From Octopus sinensis (taxonomy: Eukaryota), in assembly GCF_006345805.1 (NCBI RefSeq), contig NC_043006.1, forward strand, positions 10,292,001 through 10,356,000: a DNA stretch of 64,000 bases. Direction: 5' to 3'. Every line of letters begins with the position of its first letter. Within the stretch, counting starts at the first letter, position 1. The position numbers and the translations under genes were made by a program. This document shows positions 1 to 12,092 of the stretch, one piece after another. Under the pieces are notes generated by a model that did not search any database, was not told where the DNA came from, and worked only from the letters and a program-made list of their open reading frames with translations.

Positions 1-147
1 TCACAAACACAATGCATACGGAGAGCCACACGTGTGTGTGTATGAGCCTGTGTGCATGTGTGTGTGCGTGTGTGTGTGTTTGTATGTCCGACGACGGGAA
101 CATAACAAACTTTATAAGCGCCGAGCATTTTGGTATTTTGCAGAAAA

Positions 148-1141
148 TACGAGGTCAGATGAATAATTATCAGGACTGCTGTCATCGTAAGGAAGCTAAA
201 GCACGCAAAGTATGTATGCTTGGCATAGATAGATTTGAACGCTGTTGTGCATGTGCACCACAGAGTTTTAACGTTCTAGCTCACTCCCACTGTTTATAGC
301 ATTGCGTAAAATGAAGGGATGTAGCGTGTGATCGTCATACTCACCGGTCATTCGGAATGCTCACAGCAGCCATATTCCTACCACTCTATGTCACGCTGGT
401 GAGACCCATATTGGAGTATGGGATTCAAGCCTCTTCTCCTTATCTCCTCAAAGACATACAGCATCTCGAAAGAGTCCAGAAGCTGGCTACCCGCATGGTT
501 CATGGTCTCAAAAATTTGTCCTACGAAGAGAGGCTGAGGACGCTCGACCTTTATTCTCTTGAAAAACGCCGCCGCCGTGGTGATCTCATTCTCGCCCACA
601 ACATCATAAGCGGAAAGTGTAACCTCTCGAAAGAGCTGTTCTTCACTCCTGCTCCAGAGCGTCGGCTGCGGGGTCATTCCGAAAAGCTCTACCTGCGACG
701 ATTTCATCTCAATCGAAGGAGAGGAGCTTTCTCCGTCCGGGTTGCGGATCCGTGGAACAAGCTGCCAGACGAGATGGTGAAGATGCCGACGACCGCTTTG
801 TTCAAAGCCTCCCTGGACCTCAAGTGGCCTGAACTCTTTACATGAACACCACCCTGTACTTAACTCCATGTCCCCCTACATGGCTTGCTATTTGCTTTTG
901 AGCCAAATTAACTAACTAACTAACTAACTAACTAATGGCAGAGAAAGTTGTCATGGTGACAACTATTGAGAGGCCTACGCAACGTTCCAGAGAGTGTATG
1001 GGAAGGAGTGTATGAGCCGCACACAAGTGGAGGAGTGGTTCAGATGCTTCCAAGATGGCGGGAAAATGTCGATAGTGACGAACATTCTCTGAGACTCACA
1101 ACCAGAGAAAAACATCGATAATTACTGCCTATCTGGACATA
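148..1141 (+). mobile_element. Internally deleted mariner-type DNA transposon relic, interrupted by a CR1 LINE fragment
   Basis: Starts TACGAGGTC (typical mariner TIR start) at 148. 970-1110 translates (one frameshift) to EAYATFQRVYGKECMSRTQVEEWFRCFQDG/RENVDSDEHS, the mariner N-terminal HTH pattern. A loose right TIR lies near 1115-1141. Confidence 0.6.
345..935 (+). mobile_element. 5'-truncated CR1-clade LINE (ORF2 C-terminus, 3' UTR, (TAAC)n tail)
   Basis: ORF 357-845 has LYVTLVRPILEY...LERVQKLATRMV.GLKNLSYEERLRTLDLYSLEKRRRRGDLI...WNKLP, the CR1 ORF2 end. (TAAC)n tail at 908-935. Confidence 0.9.
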
Positions 1142-1254
1142 CTAAGGACTAAGTAACAAACATACCAAAACAAATTTATGTATAGTAGTATAAGAAAATT
1201 ACGAAACTTTTGGATGACCTCGCCTTAAAATATGCTTCAAAACATATACAGATC

Positions 1255-1915
1255 TTAAGGCGGCGAGCTGGCAGAAGCGGTAGCACGTCGGGCAAAATAC
1301 TTAGCGGTATTTCGTCTGCCGCTACGTTCTGAGTTCAAATTCCGCCGAGGTCGGCTTTGCCTTTCATCCTTTCGGGGTCGATAAATTAAGGACCAGTTAC
1401 TCACTGGGGTCGATATAATCGACTTAATCTGTTTGTCTGTCCTTGTTTGCCCCTTGTGGGTAGCAAAGAAGTAGGTATTACGTCTGCCGTTACGCTCTGA
1501 GTTCAAATTCCGCCGAGGTCGTCTTTGCCTTTCATCCTTTCGTGATCGATAAATTAAGTACCAGTTACGCACTGGATTCGAAGTAATCGACTTAATCTCC
1601 TTGTCTGTCCTTGTTTGTCTCCTCTATGTTTAGCCCCTTGGGCAATATAGAAATAAAAAAATAAGAAATGCTAGTACACGGTTTAAAATGTTTAGAGACA
1701 TTTCGTCCGTCATTACGTTCTGAGTTCAAACTTCGCCGGGATCGACTTTGTCTTTCATCCTTTCGGGATCGATAAAAGAAGTATTTGTTAAACACTGGTG
1801 TCAATTTAATCCAGTAGTCCTTTCCTGTCGAGATCGACTTTACCTTTCGGGGTAGATAAATTAAGTACTCACTCACGAAAATATTGCTGGCCTTGTGCCA
1901 ATATTTGGAAACAAT
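1255..1915 (+). mobile_element. Nin/Deu-domain-type SINE cluster (head plus tandem body units)
   Basis: Head GGCGGCGAGCTGGCAGAA, B-box-like GAGTTCAAATTCC, and central GCCTTTCATCCTTTCGGGGTCGATAAATTAAG.ACCAG resembling the Nin/Deu SINE domain. The body is repeated, and homologs occur at 25.6k, 34.7k, 50.5k, 55-56k and 63.5k. Confidence 0.85.
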
Positions 1916-2362
1916 ATATACATCTCTTGTTACAGATCTAAAACTTTACAAACTAATAAGAAAAGTTTAAACGGATGATGGTAAGAGTTTTGTTGACAAA
2001 GTTAGAAATATTGTTTATGTTACCATATAACTACGAACAAGTAAATAGTGAAAGTAGCATAAAAGTTTGATGCGATTTCTAAGTAAACTTTGAGAAAGTT
2101 AGGTCTATCTTAACAGCTTAACTTTAATGATATGCTCTTGCAGAAATAGACACTTGTAAAATATATATTTGCCCAAAGGAAACATTGACTTTCACCGATA
2201 CACAAACATAAACGCTCTTATCATCACTTCACCGTAACAAGGTACAGTAATATATGTACAGCTATCGTCTTTGTTTCAGTCACGAGAAGTGTATGGTCGG
2301 AAAAAGTAACATAGAAAATGTGCCTAGATATAGTTAAACGAGTCTGTATATAAACACACACC

Positions 2363-2364
<2 letters not shown>

Positions 2365-2434
<70 letters not shown>

Positions 2435-2438
2435 CATA

Positions 2439-2491
<53 letters not shown>

Positions 2492-2515
2492 TATATATAC
2501 ACATATATATATATG

Positions 2516-2564
<49 letters not shown>

Positions 2565-2587
2565 ATATATATATATATTATATATAT

Positions 2588-2621
<34 letters not shown>

Positions 2622-2642
2622 GATGTATATATATATATATAT

Positions 2643-2674
<32 letters not shown>

Positions 2675-2720
2675 ATGTATGTATGTATGTATATGTATAT
2701 TTGTATGTGTATGTACCTAT
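2365..2720. repeat. (TA)n/(TATG)n microsatellite
   Basis: Direct reading. Similar tracts occur at 4.9k, 22.9-23.3k, 24.6-24.9k, 40.2-40.6k, 45.8-45.95k, 56.7k, 57.2k and 61.65-61.83k. Confidence 0.95.
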
Positions 2721-3059
2721 GCGTAACTGTGCTTGTACGTGTAGTCGTCAGTGCTGTGTTTCTGAGTGTATTGATGTATCAATGTGCAAAAGAGGGTTGA
2801 CCAGGCAGAAGCTGTCAATATAAGTTATGTATACTTGCAAGCTAAACAGCAGCGGAGCCAAATTAAACAGACGGACAAAAGATTTACACAAACACCACAC
2901 ACACACACACACACATACACATACGTGCACATACACACACAAAGAGAGAATCATACCTATGTGTACACATGCATACTTAGTCTAAAAGTTAGCTTGAAAC
3001 AAAACTTTCATACGCGTATAGACAAAAGTATTAGTGATGTTGTTAAAGACAATCTATAT

Positions 3060-3090
<31 letters not shown>

Positions 3091-3899
3091 GTATACATAC
3101 ACACACACACATATATATATATACAAATATATACATATATAAATATTTATGCGCGTGTGCATGCATGTGCGCATTGTTGTATGTATGTTTGTATGTATGT
3201 ATGTGTGCGCATATCTATTTCTATATAATATCTACGTATAAAGATTCCAAAATGGACATACCTATTTTTCATATTTTCCAAATAATTATGTCTCTATAAT
3301 TTTCTAGAGATATGAAATGATGCTCAAAGTTTCCACATCAAATATCTTTAGACAAAATAACGAGCTTGTTTCGAATAATTCATGGGGCGGGAGGGAACAC
3401 ATAAGGGCGTTGTAAAAGCAAATTATTTGTATTCGTGTCAAAAGGAAGTGTTCGAATATATTTGAGAAATTATTTAGATTTCCTTTAATAAGGTGGTGTT
3501 AAGTTGCACAAAACAAAATTATAGTGCAATATGAAGCTACATATATCTGAAAGTATAGAACACAAGTGCTCTTACTGAAGCAATTATTATAGAAGTAGAT
3601 TAAATTATGAGCAGATTTGAAATCTGTATGTTAACACATTAATATACTGCAATATCTACTCATAGCATACATAAACAAACCTATAACTATACATACATAT
3701 ATACAATCATACATGCATACATGTGTGTGTCTGTGTGTGTACATATACACAATATATATATATATATATATTTATTTATTTATGTGTGTATGTATATAAA
3801 GGAATAAAAATAGGACGAGAACGCAAAATATCCAGACAGCTAGATGATACAAAAAAGGGACAACAAATATCCAGACATATGATACAAAAAAAAAGGAGA

Positions 3900-4050
3900 A
3901 GAAAAAACACGGACGTGTCTTTCGAAGTTTTCTTTCTTCAGTCGAGTTTCAGATTTTCTTTGCAATTTCAGCTGGTTATACTAAACATTGCTCCAATCTG
4001 GCCAGGCCCGAGTGAATACTAAGCTACGAGCATTATATTCCTTGGAAGAA
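3900..4050. repeat. Dispersed repeat, homologous to 41550-41700
   Basis: Shared blocks AAAAAAC..GACG.GTC.TTCGA.G...TCTTCAGTCG and GGCCAG.CCC.A.GAA.ACTAAGCTACG.GCATTA.ATT.CTTGGAA. Confidence 0.7.
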
Positions 4051-4943
4051 AGCAGCAGTGTATACGAAAACAAGGACATACATTGATGTGTGTGTATGCG
4101 GTATGTATGTATTATGTATGTATGCAGTGTTTGTTTTTTGCTTTTGTAGTTAAGTTTGCTTCCCAAATAGGAGACTTAGAGCAGTGCATCATTGTACAAC
4201 AACTTAGGTCAAATTTCTAGTTCGTAAACTAACTCGTGGTGTATTTCAGTAAATATAAGAAGGGAAAAGAACTGAAGTATTTATGAAATAAAATATCAGC
4301 ATAGTCTACCGGTTTCACTTGTTTAGCTAATCATGACTGAAGCGTTACTGATAACGTGATAATTCCACGCTATATTAGTTGTTGTCATTTCATGTTGGTG
4401 TGGGATACAATATTTTATAAATAAACAGATAAATATAAATCAGGGCAGGAAATTAATGGTTGTACTTATTTGAAGCAGGGGCAATTGATACTTAGGGCAT
4501 GTAAAGAGAATTAATTATATGTGGAATAGAAACTGCATTGATTTATTGGATTACAACAGTAAACAAATATGATTATATGTGAAATAACTGTTTCTGCCAT
4601 CATTAACCAATGAAGCAGAACCGGTCGACTTTGTAAATTTTAACTTCTTCCATACTTAAGTGCATTTTCCTTTTTATTTCTTTTTATTATATATAACTGT
4701 GTGTGTAGACATGCATATCCGTAAGTTTACACACACATACATATACATATATTTACGTAAGTGTGTATGTCTGTATATATATATATACATACACCCCACC
4801 CACACACACACATATATATATATTATATATATATATATATATACATATACATACACATATATAATTTCAAATATTGTATTACTAAATCTATCAGAAAGAC
4901 TTATACAACAGTAGCAGCACGATAAAGTGATGCTTTGTTGTCA

Positions 4944-5013
<70 letters not shown>

Positions 5014-5336
5014 TAAATAGAGCCAACAAGATGGAGTGCGTTGAGGGAACTATTTAATAAAGACTACACATGTTCCGATATAACATAGATCCACATATGC
5101 ATATACGATGGATACATAAGCATAGATTTTGATGTATACCGTAATACAACCGGCCATTTGGTAATTTTAGGGTGTATGTGCCCTAATTTTTATTCTGATA
5201 CATTCCAAACTGAATACACCCTATATGTATATATACAAACACAGAGAACGCCATATTTTAGCTTGTCTAAATCTATTTGGACAGACAGTCAGTCTGGCAG
5301 ACAGGCAGTGAGACAGGTATACAAACAGACAGAGAG

Positions 5337-5353
5337 TTAGATAGATAGATTGG

Positions 5354-5432
<79 letters not shown>

Positions 5433-5451
5433 GTAGGTAGGTAGATAGATT

Positions 5452-5499
<48 letters not shown>

Positions 5500-5529
5500 T
5501 ATAGATAGATAGATAGATAGATAGGTAGG

Positions 5530-5611
<82 letters not shown>

Positions 5612-5936
5612 GATAGATAGAGAGATTGATAGATAGATAGATAGATAGATAGAGAGATTGATAGATATGTTTCTTTATTAGCCACACAGGGCTGCACACA
5701 GATAGAACAAATTACAAGGTAGAGCTTTTCTTTTGAAGGTATTAAAAAAAAAAAAAAAAAAAAAGGAAGGGGGAGGTTCGATCAAAAGGGATCGTAAAAG
5801 GAGAGAAAGAGGACAAAAATAAGGGGGGGTTAAAAAAAAAAAAAGGGGGGAGAGGAAAAAAAAAAGATTGATAGATAGATAGATCGATAGATAGGTAGGT
5901 AGATAGATCGATCGATCGATAGATAGATAGATAGAT

Positions 5937-6010
<74 letters not shown>
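5337..6010. repeat. (GATA)n microsatellite split by a short retroelement 3' end (5666-5865, minus)
   Basis: (GATA)n at 5337-5665 and 5866-6010. The insert reads on minus ...TTTGTTCTATCTGTGTGCAGCCCTGTGTGGCTAATAAAGAAAC into (TATC)n. Confidence 0.8.
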
Positions 6011-6954
6011 TTATAGATATTCTTCATATAATATTTATATTTATGATGTCCAAGTAATGAGTTTTCTTTTTTTTTTCTTTTGGCTTCCATAGTTTCCTAC
6101 TTAAATTGGGATTATTGCTTTAAAATTTACCAGTTGGCCTGGAGCCTGCGGAAACTGTCGACCGAGTCAAATTATTGACTGCTGTTGATTGTCGATAATA
6201 ACGTGAAAGTGTAAAAGGTGACAATTATGCTCCGGGAGAACGACAAAATATCGTACGTGAGTAGTACATCTTTGCTCTTTGGCGTGGAATATATACACTT
6301 ATGAAGTGGTTTCCCGTGATCACTCGACCTCCTAATACAGAAAGTAAATCTTCTAATCACAGCTTATAGTTTAATCATAATCACCTTCGTTATATCGGAT
6401 GGCAACGACTGAAATAATTTCGAAAGTAGGTCTGCTATCTAAAGTTCATCCTGGAACAATGCTACCCTCATTTTAGTTAATCAGCGAGCGCTTATCAAAT
6501 TTGTAATCATAATCGGAAATTCAGCCAAAGCTTCTTTAACTCACTTCGTACGGAGTTTGAGTTAAAAAATATTTGTGTACAACGTAGCGAAAGATACCAG
6601 AAATTGATCCACAAGCGCATGTAAAGTTAAACATGGGACGTTTCGTTTTTTTCCTAGTGTTTCTTCTTACAAGAAGAGGTGCAATACATTACAGATTTGA
6701 CTGTAGCCCACATTAGAACGTTGATGACACCTTGCATAACGTTGGCCAGGGATCGAATATCCTTCGAACAAATTAATTAAGAATATATTACGTTTTATGA
6801 AACTATATTACGTTTTATGAAAGTTTTCCGATTTCAATCACAAAGGTCTCCTAGAATACGGATGAGTTCCATTTAAAATAACATAACTTGGCCAACGTCT
6901 TTTATCAGTTCTCAACACTTAAATTCACAGAAATGCATGTCATTTTATGTGTGT

Positions 6955-6991
<37 letters not shown>

Positions 6992-7790
6992 GTGTGAACA
7001 TGTAATGAGTTCAAAAGCCAAGATCTCACTTTTCATTGAGTAATATCAAAATAACCTGTTCCCAGTAGAGAAAATAATACGTGCGAGCGTATGTATTGAA
7101 GACGATAGTAATGTGGAAAGAGGAAGCCATGTTTGCTAAACAGATTATTTATGAACAGTTTGAAAAGAATAAACTTCATTTGAACATCATTCGTAACAAT
7201 TCCCTCTCATTATGTATATAACTCTTTAGAATATAAAGCAGGGGGCATCAAAATGAAGCAAGGAATAATTACGCGATAAATATTTGATCAACATTAATGA
7301 ATGATTAATATTTTGTTATTTGGTAATTTTTAAGAGGCAACGAAATGCGTTCTTCCATCTTTTAATTCCCTACCCGGTGGATATTTTCCTTTACTTATTG
7401 AAATACCTTCTGCAAATGAAAATATGCTAGGAATATTTCTCTTAATTTCGAATTTGTGGGAACTCACATAAAATACAAATTTTCATAATATTTTGCTTCC
7501 GTTGAGATAAATTTAAAGAGATATCCATTCTCCATGACGTAAAATTTGGTAACATATAAAACGGAGTTCATATGAAAAGGCTGGCAGAATGTTCCGGAAT
7601 TGCATGCAATATGTTAAAACATTCCACTAAAAATAAATGATGAGATTGATTGGATAAATGAGCTTGTAAAAAAACAAATAGTTTTAAACATTTCAATCTT
7701 ACACGCAACTTTCTTAGTTTTACACAAAGGTACATATACACATAGAAACACACGGACACGCGACAACATACATGCACATATATATTTATG

Positions 7791-7992
7791 TAGTATTTGA
7801 CGGCATATAGGACGCACTTTTTTCAAAAAAATTTGGCTAAAAAAATCGCCCTGCGTCTAATATGCGAAGTCAAGACCCTCCCGTAGGCTAATCTTCTCCC
7901 AGACGCTCACTAACCTAGCTTACGATAAGTATTTCTACCTACGCTAACGCCTTAATGATATTTTCCGTACTCATGCATCATTATTTTATTGC

Positions 7993-8052
<60 letters not shown>

Positions 8053-8414
8053 TAGTATTATTACTTTAAAATAAGAATTATCGTAAAAATCAAAGCAACC
8101 TACCGTAAATTGTGTAGAAGATGATGAAGAGTTTTCTGGTTAAAAAGATGATGAAGAGTTTTCTGGTGTAGATGATGATGAAGAGTTTTCCGGTGTAGAA
8201 GATGATTAAAGATGATTACTATTGTAATTTGTGTGCTTTCCTTTTGTATGCTTGCTTTTATACAGCAATGTTTTCTGCTTTTGTAATGTGCTGCTAGACT
8301 GCTTTCAACAATATATGCTTAAATACACTTAAAACTTTTTTTCCTGAATTTGACCTGCTGAAATGAGGGTGCGTCTAATATGCCAGTGCGTCTAATATGC
8401 CGTCAAATACGGTA
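7791..8414. mobile_element. Non-autonomous pogo/Tc1-mariner-type MITE
   Basis: 25-bp TIRs GTATTTGACGGCATATAGGACGCAC (7793-7817) and GTGCGTCTAATATGCCGTCAAATAC (8386-8410), 2 mismatches. TA at both outer ends, duplicated subterminal GTGCGTCTAATATGCC, and internal (ATT)n plus ~26-bp tandem repeats. Confidence 0.85.
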
Positions 8415-8809
8415 CATACATACACATACGTGTGAAGATGTACATGTGCGTAGGACAGCCGAAATTATTTTGTGTATTATTATTATTTGTATATTATTAT
8501 TATTATCATTGAGTGAGTGAATAGCGCATGTCATCAAACCATACGATGTCCAGTATACTCATTATCACTATCTATTTGATTAGGGTACACCAGGCACATG
8601 CATCACAACCACAAGTGAGAGACATGGTGAGCTCAAATCAAGATTAACAGCGCGTAGCATGACCCGCTGCCAACAAGATCAATATGAAAGAAGAAAAATA
8701 AATATGACGATTCGAAGTGGGAAATACGAAGGTTGTGGTCAATGAAGAGATTAGGCGTGATAGCAATAGTAAGTGGTGCAGTATCAGCACTCAACTTCCA
8801 TCCCTCTCA

Positions 8810-10457
8810 AAAGGTCCCTTTCACACTGATCCTGTTGTCACCGGGGCATGTTATGTCGATTATCATACACGTTCTTGCCTTTTTATTGACCACGACAATC
8901 TCCGGTTTCCGACGTCTAGTTCATTGGATCATTGCATCCCACAGGGTCTTGAAATTCTCATCTTCGGTGACTCTTTCTGGAGTTTGCTCACACCACATCT
9001 TTGCTCATTGTAGGACGGGGTTTCTACAGAGCTCCCAATGGATCATTCTTGCCACATTGTCATGGCGTCTTTTGTATTCACGTTGTGCCACTTTCGAGCA
9101 TTTGCTAACGATGTACCATAGCGTTTCACCCCTCTCACAACATTCTGCATTTATTGCTATCGGTAGTATTATCTATTCAGCACTTCATATATTTGGTCCT
9201 TAACGCTTGTTCTTGAGCAGAGCAGGAGTGCTTCTATCTCTATCCGCAGGACCCACGTCCTCATCCATAGCCACCGGTCCTCTGTATCTGTCTTGCCGGT
9301 CACATCTCTTAGAAAATGACCGTATATTTTCATTTCCTTTCATCCCTTTTCTTTGTTTTAATTTTGTTTATTTATTGTTTAAAGTTTTTCTTTAGGTACA
9401 CAATTTTCAGTTTTCATGACACTGGCCTTCGTGTGTTTTGTTCAAACACTGTTCGTGTCTCCACGGCATTTTTTACATATCTCCGTAAGCTGTTTTCCTC
9501 TGCTTTGATACAGTCCTGGCTACTGGTCAAACCTTTCCCACCCTTTCTTCTGATCAAATACAGCCTTTCGGTGTCACTCTTAGTGGGGGAAGACTCCGTG
9601 TAGTGTGAACAAGTTCCTGGTCTTTGTATCCATTTTCTTCACTTCTCTTTTCTGCCATTTTATAATTCCCGCTCCATACGGAGGTTATGCCATCGCCCAC
9701 GGATTAATTTTTAGCACAAAACCAGCCTCATTTTTCCGAAATTCTCAGTCCTCAGTTACTCTTTCATTTCCTTTCCCGTTATCACTTTGAACTCTAATAA
9801 ACCAAGGTATTTGTCTCCTTCCGTTTCAATTTGTTTAATTAAATCTCTATTCAGCAATTCTATCTCTGCTAGGAACTGTACCTTGCCTAATTTTAGGTAG
9901 ATTATTCTGCACTTCTTGAGTCCAAATTTCTTTCTAATATCAGTACTAAACAGTGGACCGAGCTCAAGAAAGAACTTATTTGTGCCTCATCTTTGCCACG
10001 CAGTTTCAAATCATCCATGAAGAAGAGGTGGTTGTTTGTTGGGGATTTTTTCTTTAGTTGGTACCCCGGTTTCTCTCCTAAGTACCAATGTCAGTGAAAC
10101 CATGCAGAAAATAAAGGCAACGGAAATAGGCTAATACCTTGGAAAATCCATCTTTGGATACCCAGGGTTCCCAAGCTTTTCAATAAGATGTCAATTCAGT
10201 TTTCCATCCTATCATACTTCTCTGCAGGAAACACGTTACATTCTTCGCAATTCCAAACACATATTAGCACTCAATAATCCACAAATGTGAATCATATCAT
10301 AAGCTTTGCGATACTCAATCTAGGCCATTCCCAGATTTGTTCTCTTTCATTTACAATCTTGAATTACCATTTTATCTATCAATAGTTGATCTTTGTTATC
10401 TCTGCATCTCCATCTACAGCTTTTTATTTCCGCCGGTAAAATATTCTCATCAAGAAA
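8810..10457 (-). mobile_element. Degenerate R4/Dong-clade (RLE) LINE fragment B
   Basis: Hand translation on minus gives [11 protein letters not shown]..., TNLGMAxIEYRKAYDM, NHLFFMDDLKL, SDTERLYLIRRKGGKGL, KCSKVAQREYKRRHDNVARMIHWELC and TLWDAMI...PEIVVVNKKARTCMIIDITCPGD. Many stops and frameshifts. Confidence 0.85.
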
Positions 10458-10458
10458 T

Positions 10459-10528
10459 TCTTCTTCTTCTTCTTCTTCTTCTTCTTCTTCTTCTTCTTTT
10501 CATTATTATCAATATTTTATTATTATTA

Positions 10529-10587
<59 letters not shown>

Positions 10588-12012
10588 GTATCATTTCTTC
10601 GTAACACAGTGAAAGTAAAAATGCACCGGAGTCTTTGGTCATCTGTCAAGTCCCAAGGACACGAGACAGATAATACTTTCCTTAAGATGTGCTCTGTGTC
10701 CAATAAGACTGCTTTTTGCAAGACATCAATATTGCAGGGGATTTCCGAGTGGCTTATTAGGTCTTGAAGTTTTGATGGGATTGAACCCCACGCTCCGATT
10801 ACCACTGGTATCACTTTTATATTACCCCCTCACATTCTATACAGTCTTGCCATTTCCACTTTAAATTCGGAGTAAATGGTGATATTTCCATCCTCGCTAC
10901 TCACAGCGTTCATGTCATTTGGTATGGCTACATCAATGATCTAAGAGTATTTGTCTCTCTTATTCAATATGACAATATCCGGTCGACGGTGTTTCATTAC
11001 AAGATTCGTCTGAAAATCACAATCCCAGAGCATCGTTAGTTTTCAATCTTCCTTCATAACTTTGCTTGGTACATGCTCATACCAGTTCCCTGATACTCCA
11101 TATTGGTATTTACAGCATAAGAGCCAAAGAAGATACGCACACACTATATCGTGGCGGCGCTTCTATTCTTTTTTGTGCAAGGTTCTCACAATCACTTACC
11201 AATTTGGTCATATTTTCCACACTTCTTCTACAGAGTCAGTATTTTGGGGCGTCAGAAGTTTTATAGATGTTATACTTCACTGAATTGGTAGCAAGAACCT
11301 GGTCTTGCACAACAATGATCAGGCTTTCGGTGGTACGTTTTGTGTTTTCCTTTCAAACTGTCCATGCATTCTCATTTCAAGGTCCTCTTTTCTTTTCTCC
11401 TCGGCTCTTTGGTTAAATTCCTCCTTGCCCATCATTTCATCTGCATTTACACTCATACGTTTCGCGGCATATTGCAGCAGGTCTTTATCACTATCAAATA
11501 CACGCCAAACGTTCTCCTTTCACTCTTTATACAATGGTCTATATTATTAGTCCTCTGCCACATTTCTTTCTTTTCACATACAGTCTGTTTATGTTTGCTA
11601 TAGGATGTAGCGCCTCGTGCGGCGTCAACAACGTCCTCGTCTTTCAGTCCAGTGTTTATATTGCCTCCCTAGTTAATTTAAGGATGGACGCACTATATCT
11701 GGCCACTGCATCTGCCCAGATATTCATTACGGTATTCAAATTTTTTGCATTCAGGTTGGATTTCAACATCATCTTCACCCTTTTTTTAATACGCCTCGCT
11801 GACCTTGACTTTCATTTCTCTGTGTAGAATGTCATCCAGTTCCAAACTCCCTAAACATCTACACCCACTACCGTCGGGTTCACCCATGGTGTCTCCTGAT
11901 GGTAACCGTAATTCTACACAGGCTGCTTTCTTCACTCTTTCCATATTAAGTATTGACCATTTGGAAATACCAATTTCCATACCGAGGTCCCTTCCACACT
12001 TCTGGGCTGTTT
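10459..12012 (-). mobile_element. Degenerate 5'-truncated R4/Dong-clade LINE A with (TAA)n/(AAG)n tail
   Basis: Minus translation gives LGMEIGISK...LKSNLNAKN...RLYVKRKKCGRGL...HGQFER...MLWDCDFQT...RPDIVILNKR...IDVAIPND...VIPVVIGAWGSIP...HILRKVLS. Tail at 10459-10587. Confidence 0.88.
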
Positions 12013-12092
12013 TGGTTAAGGAATCTTATTATTGTTATTATTATTTTTCTTGTTGTTGCTGTTGTTGTGGTGGTTGTTGCTGTTATAATATT

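Noticed and set aside
8733-11827. Plus-strand ORFs of 60-156 aa
   Set aside because: They are antisense shadows of the minus-strand Dong-like LINEs.
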